Source: a virus
Taxonomy: Duplodnaviria > Caudoviricetes
IMG/VR virus record: IMGVR_UViG_3300036784_000166
Coordinates: 1 to 35,395 of that record
Length of the DNA stretch: 35,395 bases
Strand: one strand, 5' to 3'
A program made the position numbers and the translations under genes. Shown one piece after another: positions 7,312 through 16,030 of this stretch. Each line of letters begins with the position of its first letter. Positions within the stretch are counted from its first letter, which is position 1. The notes beneath the pieces were generated by a model, which saw only the letters and a program-made list of their open reading frames with translations, was not told the origin of the DNA and did no database searches.

Positions 7312-7567
7312 TGAGGTTATCGAATTTTCCGAATATATCATCAAGGAATTCCCAGGCGTGGCTGGTGTCATAACCCAACATCAGCTCGCACATTTACAGG
7401 AACTCCAATCAGCGCTCGCGTCTTACGAAAGAGGGACCAAAAAGATTCGCCACGCGCTGCGAAAGTTGCACGGGGCTATTCGTAAAGAAATGCTCGGAGG
7501 TACCATCGTTGAGGACGGCCCGATCCGAGCGTGGATTGACAACGGGAAGCGACTCGTTGTGAAGTAA
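7268..7567 (+). CDS. Phage hypothetical protein
   Basis: GGAGG SD; 99-aa ORF. Confidence 0.65.
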   Translation: MTGRTQNSRQGNAPDEVIEFSEYIIKEFPGVAGVITQHQLAHLQELQSALASYERGTKKIRHALRKLHGAIRKEMLGGTIVEDGPIRAWIDNGKRLVVK

Positions 7568-7590
7568 AATCTAAACCCAGGAGCGAACAA

Positions 7591-8157
7591 ATGATCTATC
7601 TGTCACAGAAAAAGCAAGCGGGGCTCATTCGCGACATTCGCGACGGTATACTCAAGGGCAGCGAACTTGCCCTTAAGTACAAGATCGCGATGAGTACGGT
7701 TACGCGCTACAAGTATTTGTTGAAGCATCACAAGACGATGCCAGGCACGGGGCCGAGGGCAATCAATGCCAAGTCCCCCATGACCACCGCGATTGTCGTT
7801 CACAATGGTAAGAAGGGAGCGAAGTGGGGCCGGTATCAGGCTCAAATTTATGCGCTACGCGGTCAGGGGTTTTCAAGAAGCGAAATTGCTGTGCGGTTGA
7901 ACATCCCACATTACATGGCGAACTACTACGCCATGAAGTACAAGAAACAGCACGAGTCTCAAATTCAGCAAGTCAATTCACCTAATCAAAAAGGAGCTTT
8001 GGTTGAAAATGGGATCAACAAAAACATCCTCCTTGGCGTCGCCTGGGCCGAAACCGAACGGTTTACAGCACTACTCGCCGAAAGACTTACACTCGATCCA
8101 AGCTTACTTAGATCGCGACTTCCAGAACTTTTGGGACGTTCGCCGTTTCGGCGGTAG
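7591..8157 (+). CDS. Protein with two HTH-like motifs
   Basis: GSELALKYKIAMSTVTRYK and GFSRSEIAVRLNIPHYMANYY; AGGAG SD. Confidence 0.7.
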   Translation: MIYLSQKKQAGLIRDIRDGILKGSELALKYKIAMSTVTRYKYLLKHHKTMPGTGPRAINAKSPMTTAIVVHNGKKGAKWGRYQAQIYALRGQGFSRSEIAVRLNIPHYMANYYAMKYKKQHESQIQQVNSPNQKGALVENGINKNILLGVAWAETERFTALLAERLTLDPSLLRSRLPELLGRSPFRR

Positions 8158-8380
8158 GTTCGGCCTCGTAATCAAATGCGGGGTCTGTGGGGCCGTGCCG
8201 CCCGTTCAGCGCGAACAGGGCGAGGAAACGGTCAGGTATAACTATCGGAAGTGGCGCTGGCTTGCGAACCATATGGTCACAGACCACCTGAAACAACAAG
8301 CGCTCCTGCATCGCCGGATCGAAGCGCGCGGTCAGCGAATGAAAAAGTCCGCGATTCAGCGCTCCAAGCGCGCGGCTTAG
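8003..8380 (+). CDS. C2H2-like Zn-finger hypothetical protein (start uncertain)
   Basis: CGVC...HMVTDH; long overlap with previous gene makes the true start doubtful. Confidence 0.45.
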   Translation: MKMGSTKTSSLASPGPKPNGLQHYSPKDLHSIQAYLDRDFQNFWDVRRFGGRFGLVIKCGVCGAVPPVQREQGEETVRYNYRKWRWLANHMVTDHLKQQALLHRRIEARGQRMKKSAIQRSKRAA

Positions 8381-8469
8381 TTCGTCCAAATTTCCAATTT
8401 TGATAAAGAGACGCGATATGTTTGGCTTTTCACGAGTTCCCAGGTCCCACACATCAGAGGGAGGTTCAC

Positions 8470-8688
8470 ATGAAAGTTGAAGTAAAGCTGTGGTGCGAAC
8501 GAGGCGATGACGTGCTCTATACCTACGATCCCGCCACGGCCAACATGAGCGAAGTAAACGAGATGATCGACAATCTCGAACGCGAGCACGCCGGTCGCGC
8601 ATTCGACATCACGACCGGCGAGGCGGTCGAAAAAGCAACCCGCGACACGCAAGACGTGTCCATCGTCAGGCAACAAGCTGGAGGCTAG
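8470..8688 (+). CDS. Ubiquitin-like (beta-grasp-like) small protein with C-terminal GG
   Basis: GGAGGT SD; 72 aa; apparent beta-beta-alpha-beta-beta-beta pattern ending VSIVRQQAGG-stop. Confidence 0.7.
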   Translation: MKVEVKLWCERGDDVLYTYDPATANMSEVNEMIDNLEREHAGRAFDITTGEAVEKATRDTQDVSIVRQQAGG

Positions 8689-8692
8689 ACAG

Positions 8693-9232
8693 TTGCGTTG
8701 GCCGAAATCAAACACTCCCGCGAGCCATTTCTGGTTCGGACTCAGTGCCGCCACAGATTTGATTGTGGGAGTGTTTGATTTTCGATTCCATTTCCCCGTG
8801 CGAGCAATCTTTTTCCTTTGCCTCGCCGCGCTGCTTGTAGCCGTCGATATTTTTTTAACTCTAAGACGCATAAATGCTGCGATCCGGCGGGAGGAGCAAA
8901 TGGCTGAACTTGCCAGTAATGCGAACAAAAAAGCGAGACGGAATTTGAAAACAGTGGTCGAGGCGCTTGGCGCAGAACTTAAATACGATTCGACTGGATA
9001 CGCAAAAGTTCTGTTTAAGCACGGTCGGTATACGTACCAGATGGAATACAGCCATGTTTATCGCTGGGAGCACGGACCAAACGGTAAAGAATTGCTCAAC
9101 ATGATTCATACCTGCTATCAACAAACGAACCGTGTGCCACCGGACGAAAAGATCGCAACTGCGCTCCTCCAGATCAATCGGGCCCCGGAATATTTTGAGA
9201 ACCTTTGCCGGAAGGATAATTTTTATGTCTGA
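8693..9232 (+). CDS. Membrane-anchored Cys-containing protein adjacent to the Ubl gene (start uncertain)
   Basis: TM segment AIFFLCLAALLVAVDIFL, helical linker, globular domain with TCYQ...PPDEKIATALL; alternative start ATG 8900 after GGAGGAG. Confidence 0.65.
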   Translation: MRWPKSNTPASHFWFGLSAATDLIVGVFDFRFHFPVRAIFFLCLAALLVAVDIFLTLRRINAAIRREEQMAELASNANKKARRNLKTVVEALGAELKYDSTGYAKVLFKHGRYTYQMEYSHVYRWEHGPNGKELLNMIHTCYQQTNRVPPDEKIATALLQINRAPEYFENLCRKDNFYV

Positions 9233-9452
9233 ACGGGACGTGCTTGAGTTCGACCGGCGTGTTGAGACGCATTGGCCCGGCATCAAATGGCGCGACCCGA
9301 TTAAGTGTTCAGCGCCGCAGGGATCGGGGCTCGGCTGCCGCTTGTGCATCGCGCGCCTCGGCCTCAAAGCGGAGGAGGTGCCATACTTGTTCCAGGATCG
9401 AGAGGAATTCGACCGTCATTTCGCTGTGACCCATGTGGCCCATAATGACTAA
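9225..9452 (+). CDS. Small Zn-finger protein
   Basis: GCRLC...HFAVTH; AAGGA SD before ATG 9225. Confidence 0.65.
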   Translation: MSERDVLEFDRRVETHWPGIKWRDPIKCSAPQGSGLGCRLCIARLGLKAEEVPYLFQDREEFDRHFAVTHVAHND

Positions 9453-9556
9453 AATGATCCACATGTGCGACAGATACCGCAATGTCCGCAGTGGCAAATC
9501 ACCAATGTTTATGCGATTTCCCGCATTTTCCGGCCTGCGCGTGAAATGTAAGAGTT

Positions 9557-9576
9557 GAATCCCACCCTCTCCGCCA
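9557..9576 (+). other. attP core (3' end of tRNA-Ser)
   Basis: GAATCCCACCCTCTCCGCCA matches the T-loop to CCA end of bacterial tRNA-Ser; about 90 nt upstream of int and flanked by TGRYCC-like repeats. Confidence 0.85.
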
Positions 9577-9591
9577 TCCCTGATTAAGGCC

Positions 9592-9619
9592 TTTACTTTC
9601 TGTATGTATTTGTTATACT
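9592..9619 (+). promoter_or_regulatory. Putative integrase promoter
   Basis: TTTACT-16 nt-TATACT with extended TGn. Confidence 0.55.
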
Positions 9620-9666
9620 GGTCCCATAGTATGACCCGCAAGTAAGGGTCATCTCAGAGGGACCAC

Positions 9667-10824
9667 ATGAAAGCTAAGATTGCATTGCTTGCCAGGGTTG
9701 GCGGCAGTTTCGTGAACATCAAATTCCACAAAAGCGGAGCACTCAAGGGCGAGCCCATCTCGCCCGAGGGCGCTACACTGTACTACGCACGCTTCCGCGA
9801 AAACGGAAAGCGCATTCGCAAGTTGCTCGGCGGTGATTTTACGAACGCCGTGATCCTCTTTCGCAATATGGAAGTTGCCAAGGATTTTCGGGATCACAAG
9901 CTGCCGGTTGGATTCAGCCTGATTCAAGCTCCCGCTGGCGAGGCTCCTGTCATGGCACTGCTCTCGGACATGATCGAAAGCTATTGCGCTGAAAATGAGA
10001 AGCGCAAGGCGCGCAAAACATTTCTCGCGTACAGGAACTCCCTCGTGATGTTTGGCAAATCATGCCTCGTCCGTTTCGTTTCGGAAGTGAAGCGGGATCA
10101 CGTCATGAAATTTTTGGACGATCTAAACGCCAAGGGATTCCATCCCCGCACCGTTTACAACAATTTTCTGAACGTAATGGTGTTTCTCAAGTGGGCTGGC
10201 AATCCGGGTTCGGAAATGAAACCGCCTGTTGTTCTGGCTGACTGGCCGGAAAAGGCCGAACGGAAACCGTCGGCATACACGAACGAGGAAATCGCCGGGC
10301 TTCTCAAGGCTACCGATACCGAAGGCCAGCTCATCTTGAACTGTTTCCTGTGGACCGGGATTCGCTCGGGCGAGCTAACGCATCTCACGTACGGCGATAT
10401 TGATTTCAAGCATTCGGCTTGGTCCATCGATTCCAAGCTCGATTGGAAAACCAAGACCAAGGAATCAAAACGCGAGGTCCCTGCACCGCCTGAACTCACA
10501 AAACAGCTCAAGACGCGCATGGTCGCAGGTCGGCGCAGCAATGAGGATTTGATTTTCCCGAACGGCAAGGGCAAACCGGACGGCCACATTATTCGCATCG
10601 TAAAATCGGCGGCGAAAAAGGCTGGCGTTACAGGTCGCGTGGACGATCACAAATTCCGCGCGACGGCGATCACCCGCTGGCTGCGCTCGGGCAAATCGAT
10701 CCCCGATGTGATGATGTGGGTCGGACATCGCGATCCCGCCACGATCATGCGCTATGCCGAATCGATCAATGTCCGCAAGGCCGCTGCGGGCATGTCGATG
10801 CAGGAAAGCGCGAGTGGAGATTAG
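9667..10824 (+). CDS. int: Tyrosine recombinase/integrase
   Basis: TGIRSGEL, HKFR, VGH and RYA catalytic motifs; N-terminal arm-binding and core-binding regions. Confidence 0.95.
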   Translation: MKAKIALLARVGGSFVNIKFHKSGALKGEPISPEGATLYYARFRENGKRIRKLLGGDFTNAVILFRNMEVAKDFRDHKLPVGFSLIQAPAGEAPVMALLSDMIESYCAENEKRKARKTFLAYRNSLVMFGKSCLVRFVSEVKRDHVMKFLDDLNAKGFHPRTVYNNFLNVMVFLKWAGNPGSEMKPPVVLADWPEKAERKPSAYTNEEIAGLLKATDTEGQLILNCFLWTGIRSGELTHLTYGDIDFKHSAWSIDSKLDWKTKTKESKREVPAPPELTKQLKTRMVAGRRSNEDLIFPNGKGKPDGHIIRIVKSAAKKAGVTGRVDDHKFRATAITRWLRSGKSIPDVMMWVGHRDPATIMRYAESINVRKAAAGMSMQESASGD

Positions 10825-11021
10825 GCCGTGGCAACCGTGGGCGGCGCGCCTGGCGTCGATGTCCAGATCGTGCCGCTCACTGCCATGTCCGCCTCGGTCG
10901 CTGCTTGGGCGATGGCCGAAATGACGGCAGCCTCTTTTTTGATGCTGGCAGGATTCTTGATTACGCCCTTCAGGATCGTAATCGCGAACATGACGAGCAT
11001 GCTTTCGAGAGCACTCCACAT
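10821..11021 (-). CDS. Small membrane-anchored protein in lysis region
   Basis: GGAGG SD; hydrophobic N-terminus; last gene of late operon. Confidence 0.6.
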   Translation of the reverse strand: MWSALESMLVMFAITILKGVIKNPASIKKEAAVISAIAQAATEADMAVSGTIWTSTPGAPPTVATA

Positions 11022-11033
11022 GGATGATTCCTC

Positions 11034-11462
11034 CTATTTTACGGGCGGTGTTACTGAAACCGGAGCTGTCGGATCGGGCGGCGTGTACGTTTTGAGCTTT
11101 GGCACGTACGCGAGAAGCGAATCGAACGAATACCCGGCAAGCCAGGCGATAGCAGCGCCGACGTGCAGGTCGAGGAGGGCGGTCAGGACACCCGGAACCG
11201 GGATGCTCATTGCGTGCAGGATCGCCACGAATTCGCCCTCAAGGATCAGGGCGAACACGGCGAGGTTCCACACGAGGCGCGACACGAGCGGAATCGCCCC
11301 CTGCTTTATGAGTTCGATGTGGGAAGTGGCTGGGTTCGTCTTATCGCGCACCGTCGAGTCGATATTTACGAGCATGTGCATCGCTTGCCCGAGCACGAAA
11401 AATACGCCCGCCAGAACGAAATGCGTTGTGTGAAGTTGGGCGAGTCCAGTAGTTGCTTGCAT
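11034..11462 (-). CDS. Putative holin (multi-TM)
   Basis: About three hydrophobic segments; TAATG-coupled downstream of endolysin. Confidence 0.55.
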   Translation of the reverse strand: MQATTGLAQLHTTHFVLAGVFFVLGQAMHMLVNIDSTVRDKTNPATSHIELIKQGAIPLVSRLVWNLAVFALILEGEFVAILHAMSIPVPGVLTALLDLHVGAAIAWLAGYSFDSLLAYVPKLKTYTPPDPTAPVSVTPPVK

Positions 11463-11899
11463 TAGGCGGCCTCCGTATAGGTCGGCATCCGGGCCATAAC
11501 CTGAGTCGGGTAATCAAGATTACCGCCGCCATTCCACCGCAATAGGGCCTCATGAACATCGTTTGATGTCTTTGTCATTTGAACGCTCAAGTGACGGCAG
11601 CCCCATTCGAGGCCGGTTTCGGGATCGCAAAGCAGGCTGAGGAATTCTCCGGTAAAGCCCAGCTCGCGAGCGTTCTCGCCCATGAGCTGCATCAGGCCCC
11701 AGGAAATCGAGCGAGCTGTTTTCTCGGTCGCACCGACATTCAAATGTTCAAGATATTTCGCCTCAAATGCGGGCTCAAATCGGATCGCCCACGAATTCCA
11801 GTTGGATTCCTGCTCGACCACTGCACACACGAGAGCGGGATCGAGCCCATAATCCTTCGCAGCCTTTTTGGCGTATTCGATGAAATCTGGATTTGGCAT
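11462..11899 (-). CDS. SLT-family lytic transglycosylase (endolysin)
   Basis: LVCAVVEQES, GLMQL and ALLRWNGG motifs. Confidence 0.9.
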   Translation of the reverse strand: MPNPDFIEYAKKAAKDYGLDPALVCAVVEQESNWNSWAIRFEPAFEAKYLEHLNVGATEKTARSISWGLMQLMGENARELGFTGEFLSLLCDPETGLEWGCRHLSVQMTKTSNDVHEALLRWNGGGNLDYPTQVMARMPTYTEAA

Positions 11900-11903
11900 T
11901 TGC

Positions 11904-11933
11904 TTGACTCCCTTGTATATTTCGCGCTATCAT
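11904..11933 (+). promoter_or_regulatory. Putative sigma70 promoter of antisense moron
   Basis: TTGACT-18 nt-TATCAT in AT-rich gap. Confidence 0.5.
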
Positions 11934-11952
11934 TAATCAGAGGACTTGGCTC

Positions 11953-12054
11953 ATGATTGATTTCATTCTCTTTACTGTTGGCATTTTCGGAATTTTGGTA
12001 TTCATCGATATGTCCATCGATCAATCGGTTCAACGCCACTGCAAGCGACGCTAA
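11953..12054 (+). CDS. 33-aa single-TM peptide (moron; not in ORF track)
   Basis: GAGGA SD; MIDFILFTVGIFGILVFIDMSIDQSVQRHCKRR-stop; own promoter. Confidence 0.6.
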   Translation: MIDFILFTVGIFGILVFIDMSIDQSVQRHCKRR

Positions 12055-13514
12055 GGATTTCTGCGTGTCATTGCGTGATACAAATAATCGGCCAAAGGAG
12101 CCCCAACCCCCAGTGCTCCCGCGCCATATTTAAGCGCTTCTTTGCGTGCTGGCCCAGCGACCTGTCGATTCAGCACATCCGGCCCTAAATTCTTAAGCGT
12201 CACTGCGTCCGCAATATCAGCCTTCACCGAATCCGATCCCTTGGACAGAATCGCCTTGATCGTATCGGTTGGTACCCCGCGCCGCTGGAGCGCATCGAGC
12301 GCCCTCGATTGGTTTGCCGTATTCAGGAATCGATTGATCGTTTGACCCTCTTGATCGGCGATTACCTTGCCTCCTTTTTGAATTGGCAGGTAATCCCGAA
12401 GTGGCGCACCTTTGTTCCAGAAATCCGCCGCGTGCTGTTTGAACAGCGCATTAGCTTGCTGAAACTGCGGAAGCACGCCTTCTTGTTTGGCGGTCGATTC
12501 CATCGCATCGGAAAGCGATTTGGAAATCCCTTTGAGCTGTTCGTAAGTAGTCCCGGTCGGTCGGTTGCGCGTGATGTAGCCCTCGACCGAAGTGCGCAGG
12601 TCCTGTGCTTGCCGGAACGGGATTTTATCCACCTGATCGAGCTTCTGATAGAACTCGGCAAGGTTGTTGGAGTTTAGTGCATCCTCCATCGAGAGCGTTG
12701 GCACGTTCGCTACTTTTGCCGCCGCCTGTGGAACAGAACCGATGGCGCGCATTTCCTTGATCCCCTGTGTTGCGACGCCTTTTGCACTGGCCATATCCAC
12801 GGGGCTCGCGTCAATTTTGGGATAAGCGGCATGAAACGCAGCGCGCGAATCCTCCTCAGCTTGATTGACGGCCATTTCCAGCGATTTCTCTTTTGGGAAA
12901 AGCGTTTGAAGTTCAGCAATGCGCTCGGGCGATTCGCCAAGGAGCTTCTGAACGCCCTTGCCGATCAAGGGGCCAGCCATCTCGGCGGCTTTCCCGGTCG
13001 CAGCGGTGAGTCCAGTCGTTAGCGCAACATCAGTGGGACTGGATGGCTGACCACGCATCCGCGCTTCTGCAATCTTGCCCATGCCCGCGCCAAGTGCCAT
13101 GCCCGGAACGCCGCCAATAGCACCAACGGTCGCACCGATAGGAACGGCATATCCTGCCGCGTTGCTTCCAGATTGCTGTACCTGTTGCGGAAAATCTGGC
13201 ATCTGACCGCGCGCCATCGCTCCAGATACCGCCGCACCGGGCGATGCATATGGAAGCGCCTGCGATCCGAGCGTTGCGGGGTTGTAAATCGGACTACCAG
13301 GCATGGTCTGAAAATCGCCAGATGTAAAAGCGGACGGTGTAGGTGTTGGCGCTTTCGGGAATCGCGAAACAAATTGCATCGTCTCGCCATCGTTGAGCGA
13401 TGAAAACGATTGATCGCCCGTAAGCTTCGTGAGCGCGGCACGCTTATCCGCAGGCGCAAGGCCCTGAAAATCAGGGTCGGCGATCATCCCGGCAACGTTG
13501 GGACCGTTAGGCAT
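12051..13514 (-). CDS. Putative ejection/internal virion protein 3
   Basis: 487 aa, Ala/Gly-rich helical, GxxxG hydrophobic segment; P22 gp16-like position. Confidence 0.65.
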   Translation of the reverse strand: MPNGPNVAGMIADPDFQGLAPADKRAALTKLTGDQSFSSLNDGETMQFVSRFPKAPTPTPSAFTSGDFQTMPGSPIYNPATLGSQALPYASPGAAVSGAMARGQMPDFPQQVQQSGSNAAGYAVPIGATVGAIGGVPGMALGAGMGKIAEARMRGQPSSPTDVALTTGLTAATGKAAEMAGPLIGKGVQKLLGESPERIAELQTLFPKEKSLEMAVNQAEEDSRAAFHAAYPKIDASPVDMASAKGVATQGIKEMRAIGSVPQAAAKVANVPTLSMEDALNSNNLAEFYQKLDQVDKIPFRQAQDLRTSVEGYITRNRPTGTTYEQLKGISKSLSDAMESTAKQEGVLPQFQQANALFKQHAADFWNKGAPLRDYLPIQKGGKVIADQEGQTINRFLNTANQSRALDALQRRGVPTDTIKAILSKGSDSVKADIADAVTLKNLGPDVLNRQVAGPARKEALKYGAGALGVGAPLADYLYHAMTRRNP

Positions 13515-15110
13515 CTATTTGTACTTATCGACAAGCGATCCGACTTTGTCTTGCGCCGCACCCTGCGGACCACCTGCGCCGCCCGCCCGAGGTCGCAGTT
13601 TCGGATTCGCTGCATAAAAAGCATCAAGGGCATTTTGATTTGCGGATTGGATCGCTCGCATCGATTCAAGCGTGTTGTCTACAACCCCTTTGAACACGTC
13701 CTGATTTTCGTACAGCCTGCCACGCTGGGCCTGCATCGCGTTAAACGCTTCTTCACTACGGAATCCGCCGCCGCCTTGCGGGAGGCGCAAGAGGCCAATG
13801 TCCTCGGACATGGTTTGAAAATCCTTGGCGAATTTTGCTTCGCGAGGTGTCAGCTTGGCATTCCGACCAATTGCCGCTCGGATGATTCCATCGCCGCCCA
13901 TCGACAGGTCGATCTTTCCAGCGTCGATCATGTTCGTGAGCACGTCGCTGTTATCCCTCAAGTTCTGGAGTCGAGGGATCGCAAGGTTCACCTGGTTCTG
14001 ATTTGTCTCAACAGTGCGCGCATCCTTGGCCGAGGAAACCTGGAACTTGGCCATAGCGAGCGGATTCATGGCCGCAGGCCCCTGGCCGAGCTTTGTAATG
14101 CCCTGCGCCCCGCCAGAGGCTTCCGCTTTCGCCTTGTCGAGCAAGAATGCGCCCTCGGAACCTTGCGCAACAGACATTCCGCCGTTCTTTGCGCGCACTG
14201 CCCCGGTCAGCGTTTGAAGTGTGACATCCTTGCCGACGAGTTGATCCCAACCACTGCCCAATTCTTTCGCGAGTTCGGGCGTAACTTTTACCGTTGCGCC
14301 GATCCCGCCAGATGAAGTTCCACCACTCATTTGTCCCGTTTGTCGGTCATAGATTCCAAACGGCGACGCTGCAAAACGATTTTCGCCTGCCGCAGCGACA
14401 CGCGCCTGGCTCTGGAGTAGCGCGGGATAGAATTTCTCCGCGAGCGCAATGGGCATCAGGCCGCCAGGCGTCTGAACCATTTGCGTCTGAGCCCGGTTGC
14501 GTTCCGCCTCGGATTGCTGGAGTCCAATCTGCGCTTGCTGCGCTTGCTGTTGCTGGCCCATCTGGTATTGCTGGACGGCTTGGTTGTACGGAGCTTGAAC
14601 TGCCGCGCCGAATCCTCGACCGAATGCGCCCGGCCCGGTTCCGGCATTGGACATGCCAACCGAAAATGAATTCAGGACATTACCCAAGAAATTTTCAAAG
14701 CTGTCCAATCGCGATGCAGGCCGGGTAGGCATCTGCGGCTGTTGTCCCATCGCGACCTGACCTTGTGCGTTCGTGGGAACCTGGCCCGTACCTCCCGGTA
14801 CGTTCTGACCTTCGAGCCCGTGACCAAACATCTGATTCAAGAATGAAAAGATCGCGGGTGTCTCATAAGCACTGCGCTTGGGCGATCCTGCTTGTCCTCG
14901 ATCCTGCGATGGCGATTCGCCTTGCGATACACCACTGCCGAGGTCAACGGGCATCTGCGGAGGAGGTTGCGATGGAGGCATTTGCAGCGCCGTCGCTGGA
15001 CGTGTGGGCGCACCCTGGGGCTGGGGCATCTGTGACAGCGCTTGTTGCAGCGCCATTGGATTGAGCGGAAGTTGCCCTTGATCGATGAGGGGATCAGGAG
15101 TGCTACTCAT
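13515..15110 (-). CDS. Putative ejection/internal virion protein 2
   Basis: 531 aa, Q/P/G-rich low complexity; P22 gp20-like position. Confidence 0.65.
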   Translation of the reverse strand: MSSTPDPLIDQGQLPLNPMALQQALSQMPQPQGAPTRPATALQMPPSQPPPQMPVDLGSGVSQGESPSQDRGQAGSPKRSAYETPAIFSFLNQMFGHGLEGQNVPGGTGQVPTNAQGQVAMGQQPQMPTRPASRLDSFENFLGNVLNSFSVGMSNAGTGPGAFGRGFGAAVQAPYNQAVQQYQMGQQQQAQQAQIGLQQSEAERNRAQTQMVQTPGGLMPIALAEKFYPALLQSQARVAAAGENRFAASPFGIYDRQTGQMSGGTSSGGIGATVKVTPELAKELGSGWDQLVGKDVTLQTLTGAVRAKNGGMSVAQGSEGAFLLDKAKAEASGGAQGITKLGQGPAAMNPLAMAKFQVSSAKDARTVETNQNQVNLAIPRLQNLRDNSDVLTNMIDAGKIDLSMGGDGIIRAAIGRNAKLTPREAKFAKDFQTMSEDIGLLRLPQGGGGFRSEEAFNAMQAQRGRLYENQDVFKGVVDNTLESMRAIQSANQNALDAFYAANPKLRPRAGGAGGPQGAAQDKVGSLVDKYK

Positions 15111-15981
15111 TGGCAGCCTTGAGGAATTCGTAGAAGATAATTGAGGTTAATTTGCGGAGAATGGCATCGCGGCGAATCAGTTCAACCCAGCGTGGACCGA
15201 CGCGGGAATAAAACCAAACAAACGGAACCATATACCAGGTTGATCTAAGCCAATTGCGAACAGCTCGCGTTTCCGGCGTATACCATCCACCAAAAATTTC
15301 AGATGCGACCCAGCACCATTTGGTGATAGCAGAACTTCCAAGCCCTGCAAGCCCTCCAACGAGCGATCCCCAAAAGCCCGTTTGGGCTTGATCTGCCGCC
15401 TGCCCGGCGGCCTGGCCGATCCCTAAAGCACTGACGCCCTGCGATCCCAAGCCCAATGCTTGTCCGCCGTACATCTGACCCTCGCCCAATCCCATCCCAA
15501 TCGCGTTCTGCAATCCCTGGCCTTTGGCCAGTTGGATTTGATTCAACAACTGCGATTGTTGGCCCGCTTCTTGCGCGCCGAGCGAACCAAAGGATTGTGC
15601 GAGCGCACCGGCTCCCGCGTTCTGGCCGCCCGTGATTCCGCGCGCCGCAAGGGATTGGGACAGATTCCCATAGAGGTTCTGGTATTGACTACCTAATCCA
15701 TTAAGTGCCTGACTTGTCATAGCAGCTTGCTGCGCAGGCAACATTCCGCCGTTCTGAATAATGGCTTGGATCGAAGGATTCACCATTCCGAGTTGCTGTT
15801 GCTGGAGCTGGAATTGCTGTTGCTGTTGCTGGAGCTGTTGCTGAGAAAGCTGATTGGCCCGCTGCATTTCCGCCGTCGAGTTTCCACCTTTCATCTCGTC
15901 GGCGGGACCGGCATAATTGGTCGCAACGCGCTCCAGGACCTCATACGTGTCGGAGTTGATGACGATCCGGGAAAAGAACAT
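15103..15981 (-). CDS. Putative ejection protein 1 (gp7-like) with C-terminal CWVA (CFI-box-CTERM-like) domain
   Basis: N-terminal Y.GP...KGG leader, Q/G-rich body, CWVASEIFG...VRNWL...FVWFYSRVGP tail. Confidence 0.65.
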   Translation of the reverse strand: MFFSRIVINSDTYEVLERVATNYAGPADEMKGGNSTAEMQRANQLSQQQLQQQQQQFQLQQQQLGMVNPSIQAIIQNGGMLPAQQAAMTSQALNGLGSQYQNLYGNLSQSLAARGITGGQNAGAGALAQSFGSLGAQEAGQQSQLLNQIQLAKGQGLQNAIGMGLGEGQMYGGQALGLGSQGVSALGIGQAAGQAADQAQTGFWGSLVGGLAGLGSSAITKWCWVASEIFGGWYTPETRAVRNWLRSTWYMVPFVWFYSRVGPRWVELIRRDAILRKLTSIIFYEFLKAANE

Positions 15982-16030
15982 GGCCTACCTATCTATCACT
16001 TTTATTTGCCTAAAAGTATTTGTTAGACAC

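Noticed and set aside
9500-9580. Complete tRNA-Ser gene
   Set aside because: Only the last 20 nt match; no acceptor 5' strand, D arm or anticodon arm upstream, so it is an att core
15780-15860. CAG/CAA-rich repeat as a DNA repeat element
   Set aside because: Simply encodes poly-Gln in an ejection protein using mixed codons
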